From: Acidobacteriota bacterium
GTDB lineage: Bacteria; Acidobacteriota; Thermoanaerobaculia; UBA5066; Gp7-AA6
Assembly: GCA_027307335.1 (NCBI GenBank)
Contig: DAHUXD010000039.1
Coordinates: forward strand, 11,625 to 75,624
DNA length: 64,000 nucleotides
Direction: 5' to 3'
Shown here: positions 8,543 through 17,348 of the stretch, piece after piece
Numbering within the stretch: the stretch's first letter is position 1
Layout of the letters: each line of letters begins with the position of its first letter
Program-made: the position numbers and the translations under genes
Notes under the pieces: generated by a model
The model's input: only the letters and a program-made list of their open reading frames with translations
Database searches by the model: none
What the model was told of the DNA's origin: nothing

Positions 8543-9298
8543 ATGCGGAGGCGCATGACCCCGATCGGCCGCGTCGTCGAGATCGTGCGCTATCCGGTCA
8601 AGTCGATGGCCGGAATCCCGGCGGAGTCGGCCACCCTCGGGTGGCACGGACTCGAGGGCGACCGCCGGTTCGCGTTTCGCCGCGCGGGCGAGGACGGCGG
8701 CTTCCCGTGGCTCAGCGCGAGCCGCCTGCCGGAGCTGCTCCTCTATCGGCCCGAGGGGCTCGACGAGAGCGAGGGCGAGCCGGTCCCGACGCACGTGCGC
8801 ACGCCCTCCGGCTCGCGGGTCGCGCTGCGGAGCCCCGAGCTCGCGGCCGAGATCGGCGCGCGCTTCGGCGGCGGCGTCGAGCTGATGCGGCTCCGCCACG
8901 GCGTCTTCGACGAGGCGACGGTCTCGGTGATCGCCCTCGCGACGATCGAGGGCATCGCCCGCGAGGCGGGCCGCGAGCTCGACCGCCGGCGCTTCCGCGC
9001 CAACGTCGTCGTGGACACGGAGGGCGGCGAACCGTTCTTGGAGGACGCGTGGGTCGGCGGGACGCTCGTGTTCGGCGACGGCGATTCGCGGCCCTCCGTC
9101 GGCGTCACCATGCGCGATCCGCGCTGCGTGATGATCAATCTCGATCCCGAGACCGCGGAGAAGGACGCGCGGGTCATGAAGGCGGTCGCACGGATCCACG
9201 GAAACGACGCGGGCGTGTACGGGACGGTCGTCGGCCGCGGGACGATCCGCGTCGGCGATCGCGTGCGTCTCGCGGGACCCGCCGAAGCCGGCGGCTGA
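8543..9298 (+). CDS. MOSC domain-containing protein
   Basis: IVRYPVKSMAGIP...RRFRANVVVD matches MOSC; AAGGAG sits 12 nt upstream of the ATG. Confidence 0.75.
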   Translation: MRRRMTPIGRVVEIVRYPVKSMAGIPAESATLGWHGLEGDRRFAFRRAGEDGGFPWLSASRLPELLLYRPEGLDESEGEPVPTHVRTPSGSRVALRSPELAAEIGARFGGGVELMRLRHGVFDEATVSVIALATIEGIAREAGRELDRRRFRANVVVDTEGGEPFLEDAWVGGTLVFGDGDSRPSVGVTMRDPRCVMINLDPETAEKDARVMKAVARIHGNDAGVYGTVVGRGTIRVGDRVRLAGPAEAGG

Positions 9299-9322
9299 TC
9301 GGAACGAGGGAGGCGGGGAGCC

Positions 9323-9613
9323 ATGGCCAAGGGTTACTGGGTCGTGACGTATCGCTCGGTCTCGGATCCCGACGCGCTCGCGCGCTACGGCGGTCCCGCC
9401 GTGAAGCGGATCGCCGAGAGCGGAGGGCGCATCCTGGCCCGGGGGATGCCCGTGAGGGTGTACGAGTTCGCCGAGGAGCAGCGCTGCGTCGTGGTCGAGT
9501 TCGACAGCGTCGACGCCGCGATCGCCGCGTTCGAGGATCCCGAGTACCGGAAGATCGCCGCGATTCTCGAGGGCGGCGTCGAACGGGAAGTCCGGATCGT
9601 GGAGGGGACGTGA
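9323..9613 (+). CDS. DUF1330 domain protein
   Basis: [13 protein letters not shown]...GGRILARG...[22 protein letters not shown] matches DUF1330. Confidence 0.7.
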   Translation: MAKGYWVVTYRSVSDPDALARYGGPAVKRIAESGGRILARGMPVRVYEFAEEQRCVVVEFDSVDAAIAAFEDPEYRKIAAILEGGVEREVRIVEGT

Positions 9614-9635
9614 GGCGGAGCGCGGCGCGAGGGCG

Positions 9636-10043
9636 ATGATGGCGATCGTGCCGACGGTCCGTTGCCGCAGCATGCGGCGGGCGCTCGCGTTCTACACGGG
9701 CGTCCTCGACTTCGAGCGCGTGGGGGGAGATGGCCGGCCGGACGACCCCTCGTTCGCCGTCCTCGCGCGCGAGGGTCATCGGCTCTTCCTGTCGAGTCAC
9801 GCGGGCGACGGCGAATTCGGACAGGCGATCGTGGTCGAGACCGGCGACGTCGATGGGCTCTTTCGCACTCTGTGCGGCCGCGGGCTGAATCCCCCGGACC
9901 GCCCCGAGTCGCCGGTGCACCGGGGGCCGGTCGACCAGACGTGGGGCACGCGCGAGTTCTACGTCGACGATCCCGACGGCAACACGCTGCGCTTCGCGCA
10001 GCGGCTCCAGGAGCACCGCGCGACGGGCGGTGCGCGCCCGTGA
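9636..10043 (+). CDS. VOC family protein
   Basis: [14 protein letters not shown]...[11 protein letters not shown] is a glyoxalase-like fold. Confidence 0.7.
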   Translation: MMAIVPTVRCRSMRRALAFYTGVLDFERVGGDGRPDDPSFAVLAREGHRLFLSSHAGDGEFGQAIVVETGDVDGLFRTLCGRGLNPPDRPESPVHRGPVDQTWGTREFYVDDPDGNTLRFAQRLQEHRATGGARP

Positions 10044-10522
10044 ATGCGTCCACGAACGAGGCCGATCGCCAGGGAAGGGTGGTCCCGCCGCCGCTGCTGG
10101 TTCTCGTCTGCCTCGGCGGCGGGTGGGTGGCGCACCGCCTTCGGCCCGTGCGCTTCCTGCCGGATCTCGGCGCCGTGGGTCCCGTCGCCGGCGCCGCCCT
10201 GGTCCTGCTCGGCCTCGTCGTCGGCGTCGCCGGCGTCCGCGAGTTCCACCGCCATCGCACCCCGACGAGCCCCTTCCGGCCGACGACCGCTCTCGTCACG
10301 AGCGGAGTGTTTCGCTTCACGCGCAACCCGATGTACCTCGGCTTCGTACTCCTGACCGTGGGCGTGGCGGTCGCCTTCAACTCCGTGGCCCTTCTCGTCT
10401 CGGCCCTGCTCCTGGCGGTGCTGCTCGACGCCGCCGTCATCCGGCCCGAGGAGCGCTTCCTCACGCGGCGGTACGGGTCCGACTTCGAGGCCTACCTCCG
10501 CGCCACGCGCCGCTGGATCTAG
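10040..10522 (+). CDS. isoprenylcysteine carboxyl methyltransferase (ICMT)-family membrane protein
   Basis: A multi-TM N-terminus is followed by [17 protein letters not shown] and [18 protein letters not shown]. The GTG start overlaps the upstream stop (GTGA). Confidence 0.7.
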   Translation: MNASTNEADRQGRVVPPPLLVLVCLGGGWVAHRLRPVRFLPDLGAVGPVAGAALVLLGLVVGVAGVREFHRHRTPTSPFRPTTALVTSGVFRFTRNPMYLGFVLLTVGVAVAFNSVALLVSALLLAVLLDAAVIRPEERFLTRRYGSDFEAYLRATRRWI

Positions 10523-10529
10523 GAGACCG

Positions 10530-10895
10530 ATGCCGATCGTGCGCCTCGATCACGTCCAGCTTGCGATGCCGAAAGGCGGCGAAGAGCGGGCGCGCGGGTT
10601 CTACGCGGGACTCCTGCGGATCCCCGAGGTGGCGAAGCCCGCGGCGCTCGCCGGTCGCGGCGGCGCGTGGTTCGAGAGCGGCGACCTGAAGGTCCATCTC
10701 GGCGTCGACCCGGAGTTTCGCGCGGCGCGCAAGGCCCATCCCGCGTTCCTCGTGCGCGGGCTCCCCGAGCTCGTGGCGCGGCTGCGGGCGGCCGCCGTCG
10801 AGGTCGTGGAGGACGACGCGCCGGAGCCCGGCGCGCGCGTCTACGTCGCGGATCCGTTCGGCAACCGGCTCGAGCTGGTCGCCGACGAGGGCTGA
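10530..10895 (+). CDS. VOC family protein
   Basis: RLDHVQLAMPKGGEERARGFYAGLLRI...DPFGNRLELV is a glyoxalase-like fold. Confidence 0.7.
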   Translation: MPIVRLDHVQLAMPKGGEERARGFYAGLLRIPEVAKPAALAGRGGAWFESGDLKVHLGVDPEFRAARKAHPAFLVRGLPELVARLRAAAVEVVEDDAPEPGARVYVADPFGNRLELVADEG

Positions 10896-10923
10896 ATCGA
10901 AGCGAGAATCGAGAGGAGGAGCG

Positions 10924-11589
10924 ATGCGACTCATCTTCCTGGGACTCGTGGCGCTCGCCGCCGTGGCGGCTGCGGGGCCGGACGCGCCGGTTCCGGTCGA
11001 GAAGGAGCCCCACCACAAGACGGCGTTCCAGAACGACTACGTGCAGGCGTTCCGCGTGACGATCGAGCCGGGCCAGGCGACGCTCGTGCACATCCACGCG
11101 CACGACGACGGCGCCGTGCGCCTGAGGGACTCGACGTTCGCCTCCGACGTCCAGGGTCAGCCGCCCGGAAAGCCCGAGGAGGCGCATCCCGGCGGCGTCT
11201 CGGCGCGCAACAACGAGCCCACACCCCTGATTCACCGCGTGCGCAACGTCGGCGCCACACAGTTCGACGTGATCGACGTCCAGGTCCTGAGCCGTCCGCC
11301 GGGCGCGGCGAGCGAGGCGATCGCGACGCCGGCCGCGGAGAACGCCAGGATGCGCGTCTACCGCTGGGACCTCGCGCCGGGCGCGACCTCGCCGACCCAC
11401 ACCCACAAGCGGCCCTACCTCATCATCGCGGCGACCGACACCCATCTGCGCATGACCTCGCCGGACGGCCGGTCGATGGAGCACCCGATCCAGGCGGGCG
11501 ACATGCACTGGGTCGACACGGAGGTGACCCATTCGCTCGGCAATACCGGCGGGGAGAAGGCCGTGATGGTGGAGTTCGAGCTCAAGTAG
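10924..11589 (+). CDS. secreted cupin-domain protein
   Basis: A signal peptide (MRLIFLGLVALAAVAAAG) is followed by two cupin-like segments with His-rich motifs. Confidence 0.6.
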   Translation: MRLIFLGLVALAAVAAAGPDAPVPVEKEPHHKTAFQNDYVQAFRVTIEPGQATLVHIHAHDDGAVRLRDSTFASDVQGQPPGKPEEAHPGGVSARNNEPTPLIHRVRNVGATQFDVIDVQVLSRPPGAASEAIATPAAENARMRVYRWDLAPGATSPTHTHKRPYLIIAATDTHLRMTSPDGRSMEHPIQAGDMHWVDTEVTHSLGNTGGEKAVMVEFELK

Positions 11590-11694
11590 CGCGAAGGGAC
11601 GGCGCATGAACAACGACGACGCCGGATCCGCGTGCGCCGGGTCGGCGGCCGGGTTCGAGGACGCGGGGCTCGTCCGGTGCTTCCGGGAGGACGC

Positions 11695-12099
11695 GTGAAG
11701 TCCGCGCGGCCCGTCGCGGCGGGGCCCGGGAGGAAGACCTTCCCGCCGCGGGTACTCGACGCGCTGGCGGTCGAGAAGATGATCGGCATCCGCTCCGGGA
11801 GGATCCATCGATACACCGGGGTCTGGGCCGTCGTCGTGCGCGGGCGCGTCTACGTCCGTTCCTGGAACGACAAGGAGACGGGCTGGTACCGCGCGTTCCT
11901 CGAGGAGCCTCGCGGCGAGATCCGAGTGGGCGAGCGCGTGGTCCGCGTGCGGGCGAGGACGGTCCGCGGCGCACGCAGGATCGAGGCGATCGAGCGCGCG
12001 TACGCCGAGAAGTACGACACCACGGCGTCCCTGAAGTGGGTGCGCGGCTTCCGCGCGCCGCGACGCCGCGCCACGACGACCGAGTTCGTCCCGGCGTAG
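11695..12099 (+). CDS. DUF2255-like protein
   Basis: VWAVVVRGRVYVRSWNDKETGWYRAF matches the family core. The GTG start overlaps the TGA of a 30-codon upstream ORF (11606-11698). Confidence 0.55.
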   Translation: MKSARPVAAGPGRKTFPPRVLDALAVEKMIGIRSGRIHRYTGVWAVVVRGRVYVRSWNDKETGWYRAFLEEPRGEIRVGERVVRVRARTVRGARRIEAIERAYAEKYDTTASLKWVRGFRAPRRRATTTEFVPA

Positions 12100-12129
12100 G
12101 ATCCGCGGTCCCGGATACACTCGCGCACG

Positions 12130-12573
12130 ATGGCGACGCTCCGACTCGGCCACGCGAAGACGATCGTGGACCGCGCGCTCGCGGAGGCCCGGCAGCGGCG
12201 CCTCGCACCGGTCGCCGTGGCCGTGCTCGACCCCGGCGGGCGTCTCGTCGCGTTCCAGCGCGAGGACGGCGCGGGATTCTCGCGGTTCGACATCGCGAAC
12301 GGCAAGGCATGGGGCGCTCTCGGCATGGGCTTCGGCACGCGCGAGCTCGCGGAGCGCGCGGCGAAGGCGCCGGGGTTCTACTCGGCGCTCGCCGCGCTGA
12401 GCGAGGGGCGCATGGTGCCCTCGCCGGGAGGGGTGCTGATCGTGGGCTCCGACGGGGAGGTCGCGGGCGCCGTCGGCATCTCGGGCGACACGGGCGACAA
12501 CGACGAGGCCTGCGCGGTCGCGGCGATCGAGGCGGCCGGCTTCTCCGCCGCGCCGGGCCGGCGGGAGCCGTAG
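12130..12573 (+). CDS. GlcG/HbpS-like heme-binding protein (DUF336)
   Basis: GHAKTIVDRALAEARQRRLAPVAVAVLDPGG...GGVLIVGSDGEVAGAVGISGDTGDNDEACA matches DUF336. Confidence 0.7.
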   Translation: MATLRLGHAKTIVDRALAEARQRRLAPVAVAVLDPGGRLVAFQREDGAGFSRFDIANGKAWGALGMGFGTRELAERAAKAPGFYSALAALSEGRMVPSPGGVLIVGSDGEVAGAVGISGDTGDNDEACAVAAIEAAGFSAAPGRREP

Positions 12574-12625
12574 AGCCCCCGCGCCGCGGCCCCATGCGTC
12601 TCTTCCCGCTTCCCTGAGCGCCGCC

Positions 12626-13738
12626 GTGGTTTTCGCGATCGCCGCCGCGCTCCTCGCCGGCGCGGCGCTCCTCGTCATCGCGCGTTCGACCGACTGGCTC
12701 GCCGCGTTCGGCGCGGGCGCGGCGGGGGAGCGGCGGCACCGGGTGCGCCGCTCGTCGCGCTGGCGCGAGGGCCGCTTCCACAACGTGGACCCGACGCGCA
12801 CGATCCTGCACGGAGGCCTGCCGACGATGCTGCACCTGCAGCTGCGCGGCAAGCAGATCCGCTATCCGCGGCGGCCGATCCCGGTCGAGGCCCGGCGGAC
12901 GGACGACTATGAGAGCCCTCCGGCCTCGGGGCTGCGCGCGACCTGGGTCGGGCACGCGACGGTCCTCGTCGAGATCGCCGGACGGCGCGTGCTGACCGAC
13001 CCGGTATGGAGCGAGCGCGTCTCGCCGTCGACGCTCGTGGGGCCGCGGCGCTTCTTCGCGCCGCCGATCGCGCTCGACGCGCTGCCGCCCATCGACGCGG
13101 TCGTGATCTCTCACGATCACTACGACCACCTCGACATGACGACCGTGCGGGCGCTCGCGCGCCGCGGCACGATGTTCCTCGTGCCGCTCGGCGTCGGCGC
13201 GCACCTCGAGCGCTGGGGCATCCCCGCCGCGCAGACGCGCGAGCTCGACTGGGGCGAGACGGTCCGGCTCGATCCGGTGACCTTCACGATCGCGCCGTCG
13301 CGGCACTTTTCGGGGCGCGGGCTCCACAACCGGGACACGACCCTGTGGTCCTCGTGGGTCATCGCGTCCGACCGGAGCCGCGTCTACTGCTGCGGCGACT
13401 CCGGGTACTTCGGCGGGTTTCGGGACATCGGCCGCGACCTCGGTCCGTTCGACCTGACGCTGATCAGCGCGGGCGCGTACAGCCCGATCTGGCCGCTCAT
13501 CCACATGACGCCGGAGGAGGTCGTGCAGGCGCACGTCGACCTGCGCGGCCGGCTCCTCGTGCCCATCCACTGGGGCACGTTCAATCTGGCCTTCCACGAC
13601 TGGAACGAGCCGGCGGTCCGCGCCTCCGCGGCGGCCTCGGCGCGCGGGGTGCCGATCCTGTTGCCGCGGCCCGGCGGAATGGTCGAGCCGGCGCGCGCGG
13701 GGAGCCTCGCGGCGGACGATTGGTGGCGGATGCGATGA
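12626..13738 (+). CDS. MBL-fold metallo-hydrolase
   Basis: ATWVGHATVLVE and VISHDHYDHLD provide the HxHxDH motif, and YCCGDSGY is also present. Confidence 0.8.
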   Translation: MVFAIAAALLAGAALLVIARSTDWLAAFGAGAAGERRHRVRRSSRWREGRFHNVDPTRTILHGGLPTMLHLQLRGKQIRYPRRPIPVEARRTDDYESPPASGLRATWVGHATVLVEIAGRRVLTDPVWSERVSPSTLVGPRRFFAPPIALDALPPIDAVVISHDHYDHLDMTTVRALARRGTMFLVPLGVGAHLERWGIPAAQTRELDWGETVRLDPVTFTIAPSRHFSGRGLHNRDTTLWSSWVIASDRSRVYCCGDSGYFGGFRDIGRDLGPFDLTLISAGAYSPIWPLIHMTPEEVVQAHVDLRGRLLVPIHWGTFNLAFHDWNEPAVRASAAASARGVPILLPRPGGMVEPARAGSLAADDWWRMR

Positions 13739-13764
13739 AGAGACGACCGGCTTAGGATGGGACC

Positions 13765-14154
13765 GTGATTCCGATTGCGACCCGCTCGGCGGTCCCGACC
13801 TTCCTCGTCCCGAACGTCGCGCGGTCGGCTCGGTGGTACGCGGAGCAGCTCGGCTTCGAAGTCGCGGGGACGTTCCCGAAGCAGGAGCCCTGGGCGTACG
13901 CGAGCGTCCAGCGCGGCGGCGCCGAGATCATGCTGCTCGCGCTGGCCGGCTACGAGAAGCCGGACCTGCGGGCGAGGCGGCCGGAGGGACTCTGGGACGC
14001 CTACGTGCGGGCGAGCGGCGTCGCCCGTTTCTGGGAGACGGTGCGCGAGCGCCCCTTCGTCCAGATGCCGCTCCGGCAGCAGCCGTACGGCGACTGGGAG
14101 TTCGAGATGCGCGATCCGGACGGGTACGTCGTGGTCTTCGGCGGCGATCGATGA
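13765..14154 (+). CDS. VOC family protein
   Basis: PTFLVPNVARSARWYAEQLGFEV...DPDGYVVVFG is a glyoxalase-like fold. Confidence 0.7.
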   Translation: MIPIATRSAVPTFLVPNVARSARWYAEQLGFEVAGTFPKQEPWAYASVQRGGAEIMLLALAGYEKPDLRARRPEGLWDAYVRASGVARFWETVRERPFVQMPLRQQPYGDWEFEMRDPDGYVVVFGGDR

Positions 14155-14250
14155 GGGACCGAGCGCATCGTCGCTCCGCGACTCGAACCTTCCGGAGCCG
14201 GCGCGGAGAGCGCCCGCCGCCGCGGGCCGCGTGAGTCGAAAGGGGGAACC

Positions 14251-14835
14251 ATGCGCATCGTGGTCGTCGGGGGCACGGGAACCATCGGGAAGGCCATCGT
14301 CGCGGCGCTGTCGCGCGAGCACGAGGTGCTCGTCGCGAGCCGAAGCTCGAAGGTCCGCGTGGACATCGCCGATCCCGACTCGATTCGCTCGATGTACCGG
14401 GGGATCGGAAAGCTCGACGCGGTCGTCAGCGCCTCCGGCGACGCCCGATTCCAACCGCTCGAGCAGCTCGGCGACGCCGACTTCGAATTCTCGCTGCGGC
14501 ACAAGCTCATGGGCCAGGTGAATCTCGTGCGGTACGGCCTGGAGTCGGTGCGCGACCGCGGCTCCTTCACGCTGACGAGCGGCGTGCTCGCGCGCCGGCC
14601 GATGCCGGGCAGCGCCGCGGTCAGCCTGGTCAATGCGGGCCTCGAGGGATTCGCGCGCGCGGCCGCGCTCGAGGCGCCGCGGGGGATCCGCGTCAATGTC
14701 GTCAGCCCGCCGTGGATCACCGAGACGCTCCGGGCGCTCGGCATGGACCCCTCGCACGGCATGACGGCGGAGGCCGCGTCCGGCCTCTACGTCCGGAGCG
14801 TCACCGGCACCGAGTCGGGCGCGACGATCGAGTAG
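14251..14835 (+). CDS. short-chain dehydrogenase/reductase (SDR) family protein
   Basis: MRIVVVGGTGTIGKAIV contains the glycine-rich NAD(P) motif; a GGGGGAA motif precedes the ATG. Confidence 0.8.
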   Translation: MRIVVVGGTGTIGKAIVAALSREHEVLVASRSSKVRVDIADPDSIRSMYRGIGKLDAVVSASGDARFQPLEQLGDADFEFSLRHKLMGQVNLVRYGLESVRDRGSFTLTSGVLARRPMPGSAAVSLVNAGLEGFARAAALEAPRGIRVNVVSPPWITETLRALGMDPSHGMTAEAASGLYVRSVTGTESGATIE

Positions 14836-14897
14836 GGGGTCAGGTCTCTCAAAGAGCGTCTCGGAGAGGAAAGATCACCTTTGAGGGATCTGACCCC
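14835..14897. repeat. structured inverted-repeat element, copy 1 (GGGGGTCAGGTCTCT...AGGGATCTGACCCC)
   Basis: A 63-bp element lies between the SDR stop and the DinB start. It shares conserved 5' and 3' modules with the copy at 57126-57196. Confidence 0.55.
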
Positions 14898-14908
14898 ATA
14901 ATCGGCCG

Positions 14909-15442
14909 ATGAAGCCGGAGCCGGCCCCGCTCGATCTCGCCGCCGCGATCCGGGACGCGTGGAGGACGAACCACCGCGCCACGGTGCTCCTCGTCGAGAG
15001 CGTGCCTCCGGCCGCATGGGCGGCGCCGGCGCCGGGGCTCCCGAGGAAGTCGATCCGGACCATCGCCGCCCATCTGCACAACAGCCGCTGCGGATGGCTC
15101 CGGACGCTCGGCGCGCCGCACGGGATCCGAGTGCCCGAGCGGGTCGACAAGCGCTCCGTCACGCCGAAGCGGCTCGCCGCCGCGCTCGATCGGAGCGGCC
15201 GCGCCATGGAGGAGCTCCTCGCGCTCGGCGCGCGCCGCGGCGGCCGGATCCCGCCGACGAAGGCCTACGTCTGGCGCAACCTCCCGCTCGACATCCCGCA
15301 CGTGCTCGCCTACTTCGTGGCCCACGAGGGTCATCATCGCGGTCAGATCCTCGTGCTCGCGCGGCAGCTCGGGCGCCCGCTTCCCGATGCGGCGGCGGAC
15401 GGCGTCTGGCACTTCACGCGTCTGTCGAAGGCGGAGCGCTGA
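14909..15442 (+). CDS. DinB-family (DinB_2-like) protein
   Basis: HLHNSRCGW...AYFVAHEGHHRGQI contains the DinB-like His motifs. Confidence 0.7.
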   Translation: MKPEPAPLDLAAAIRDAWRTNHRATVLLVESVPPAAWAAPAPGLPRKSIRTIAAHLHNSRCGWLRTLGAPHGIRVPERVDKRSVTPKRLAAALDRSGRAMEELLALGARRGGRIPPTKAYVWRNLPLDIPHVLAYFVAHEGHHRGQILVLARQLGRPLPDAAADGVWHFTRLSKAER

Positions 15443-15446
15443 CGCC

Positions 15447-16103
15447 GTGTCGCGACTGCGCGTCTACTCCTTCTCCGTCTCGCTCGACGGCTTCTCGGCC
15501 GGGCCGCGCCAGGACCTCGAGCATCCGCTCGGCGTGGGGGGCGAGCGGCTCTTCGACTGGTTCTTCCGGACGCGGACCTTCCAGAAGATGCACGGCGGCG
15601 AGGGCGGAGAGGAAAACGCCGACGACGCCATCGCCGCGCGGGGGTTCGCGCCGTTCGGCGCCTGGATCCTCGGCCGGAACATGTTCGGCCCGGTGCGCGG
15701 CCCGTGGCCCGACGAGAGCTGGAAAGGCTGGTGGGGCGACGAGCCGCCGTACCAAGTGCCGGTCTTCGTGCTGACGCATCACGCGCGCGCGCCTCTCGCG
15801 ATGAAGGGCGGCACCGTCTTCCACTTCGTCACCGGCGGCATCGAGGAGGCGTTCGCGAGGGCGAGGGAGGCGGCGGGGGACCTCGACGTGCGCCTCGGCG
15901 GCGGCGCCTCGACGATCCGGCAGTATCTCCGCGCTCGCCTCGTCGACGAGCTTCATCTCGTGCTGTCGCCGGTGCTGCTCGGCGAAGGCGAGCCCCTGTT
16001 CCGCGACCTCGACCTGCCCGCGCTCGGCTACGAGTGCGTGGAGCACCTTCCGGGCGCGCGCGCCGCGGCGCACGTGGTGCTGCGCCGGAAGACGGGCGCC
16101 TGA
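15447..16103 (+). CDS. dihydrofolate reductase-family protein (RibD C-terminal-like)
   Basis: RVYSFSVSLDGF...ILGRNMF...VDELHLVLSPVLLGEG follows the RibD-C pattern; GTG start. Confidence 0.75.
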   Translation: MSRLRVYSFSVSLDGFSAGPRQDLEHPLGVGGERLFDWFFRTRTFQKMHGGEGGEENADDAIAARGFAPFGAWILGRNMFGPVRGPWPDESWKGWWGDEPPYQVPVFVLTHHARAPLAMKGGTVFHFVTGGIEEAFARAREAAGDLDVRLGGGASTIRQYLRARLVDELHLVLSPVLLGEGEPLFRDLDLPALGYECVEHLPGARAAAHVVLRRKTGA

Positions 16104-16116
16104 GTCTCGGCGGGGA

Positions 16117-16767
16117 ATGAGCGCTCCCGATCCGGCTCCGCCGATCGACTACGCGGTGTTCGCCGCTTCGGACGCCGGTCCGATGGCGCGGCTCCTCGGC
16201 GACGTGTTCAGCCGGCGCGATCCCCCCGCCGTCGCCGCCGGTCTGACCGCGGCGGAGTTCGAGGCCTTCGTGCGCTCCCTCTGCCCGAGGGCCGCGGCCG
16301 AAGCGCTGACGATCGTCGCGCGCCTCGCGACGACGGGCGAGCTCGTGGGCGCGCTCCTGACGCAGGACGCGGCGGCGGACGCGCTGAAGGGTGTCGAGGC
16401 GCCGAGCCCCCGGTTCGCGCCCGTCCTCGACATCCTCGGCCAGCTCGAGCCCGAGGGCGGGTACCGGCCTCCTCCGCCCGGTGACACGCTGCATCTGCTG
16501 CTTCTCGGTGTCGCGGACCGCGTCTCGGGACGCGGCGTCGCGCAGCGCCTCGTGCGCGAGTGCCTCGAGCACGGCGCGAAGCGCGGGTACCGCGCCGCCG
16601 TGACGGAGGCGACGAATCCGGTCTCGCAGAGCGTCTTCCGGAGGCTCGGGTTCGCCGAGCGCTCGCGCCGCTCCTACGCCGAGCACCGCTACGAGGGCCG
16701 GGCGGTGTTCGCGTCGATCGCCGAGCACGGCGGACCGATGCTCATGGAGCGGTCGCTGACGGGATGA
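16117..16767 (+). CDS. GNAT family N-acetyltransferase
   Basis: LLLGVADRVSGRGVAQRLVRECLEHGAKRGYRAAVTEATN is the acetyl-CoA-binding core. Confidence 0.65.
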   Translation: MSAPDPAPPIDYAVFAASDAGPMARLLGDVFSRRDPPAVAAGLTAAEFEAFVRSLCPRAAAEALTIVARLATTGELVGALLTQDAAADALKGVEAPSPRFAPVLDILGQLEPEGGYRPPPPGDTLHLLLLGVADRVSGRGVAQRLVRECLEHGAKRGYRAAVTEATNPVSQSVFRRLGFAERSRRSYAEHRYEGRAVFASIAEHGGPMLMERSLTG

Positions 16768-16810
16768 TCTCGAGGCGCCGAGGCTCGCTCCCGCGAGAGA
16801 ATGGGAGAGC

Positions 16811-17317
16811 ATGACTCGATCGGCGCGCGCGGCGGGCGCGCTCCTTCCTGCCGCGCTCCTGCTCGCGGCCGCGTGCGCACGGACCGAGGCGCCGGAACGC
16901 GTCGCGGTCCGGAATCCGGACTACCTCGTCGTGCGCACGATCGCCCGCGAGGCGGACGCGGAGCACGGGATGCGGGTCGATCTGCCTCACGCGGGCGTGG
17001 GGTACGGCTACGCGTCGGCGCCGCTCTTCGATCTCACGGCGGTGGACGCCGCGGGCGCCACGTTCGCCGGCGGACGCACGAGCCTCGCGGGGGAGGCGAC
17101 GATCTGGCTCCCCCTGACCGCCGAAGGCCGCGCGCGGCTCGAGGCCTGGTCCTCGACGCATGCCGGCGACCGCCTCGGCATCTTCCTCGACGGGCGGCTG
17201 GTCGCGGCGCCGCAGATCAAGGCGGCGATCGGGGGCGGCATTCCGCTGCGGGTCGAGAGCAAGGGCGAGGGCGACGCGGTGCTCGCCCGCTTGCGCAACG
17301 GCGGCGCGCCGCCATAG
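16811..17317 (+). CDS. hypothetical lipoprotein
   Basis: MTRSARAAGALLPAALLLAAAC is a signal peptide with an AAAC lipobox. The C-terminal segment GIFLDGRLVAAPQIKAAIGGG loosely resembles the SecD head domain. Confidence 0.5.
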   Translation: MTRSARAAGALLPAALLLAAACARTEAPERVAVRNPDYLVVRTIAREADAEHGMRVDLPHAGVGYGYASAPLFDLTAVDAAGATFAGGRTSLAGEATIWLPLTAEGRARLEAWSSTHAGDRLGIFLDGRLVAAPQIKAAIGGGIPLRVESKGEGDAVLARLRNGGAPP

Positions 17318-17348
17318 CCTCGCGAGCGTGGAATCCCGCGTCGCGCCC

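Noticed and set aside
11632-11694. Alternative GTG start (11632) for the DUF2255 gene
   Set aside because: Third-position bias in this frame is poor over 11632-11694, whereas the overlapping small ORF frame is strongly coding. GTG 11695 is preferred, at low confidence.
10519-12852. 777-aa minus-strand ORF
   Set aside because: Antisense to five + strand genes that have clear family signatures; a spurious high-GC frame.
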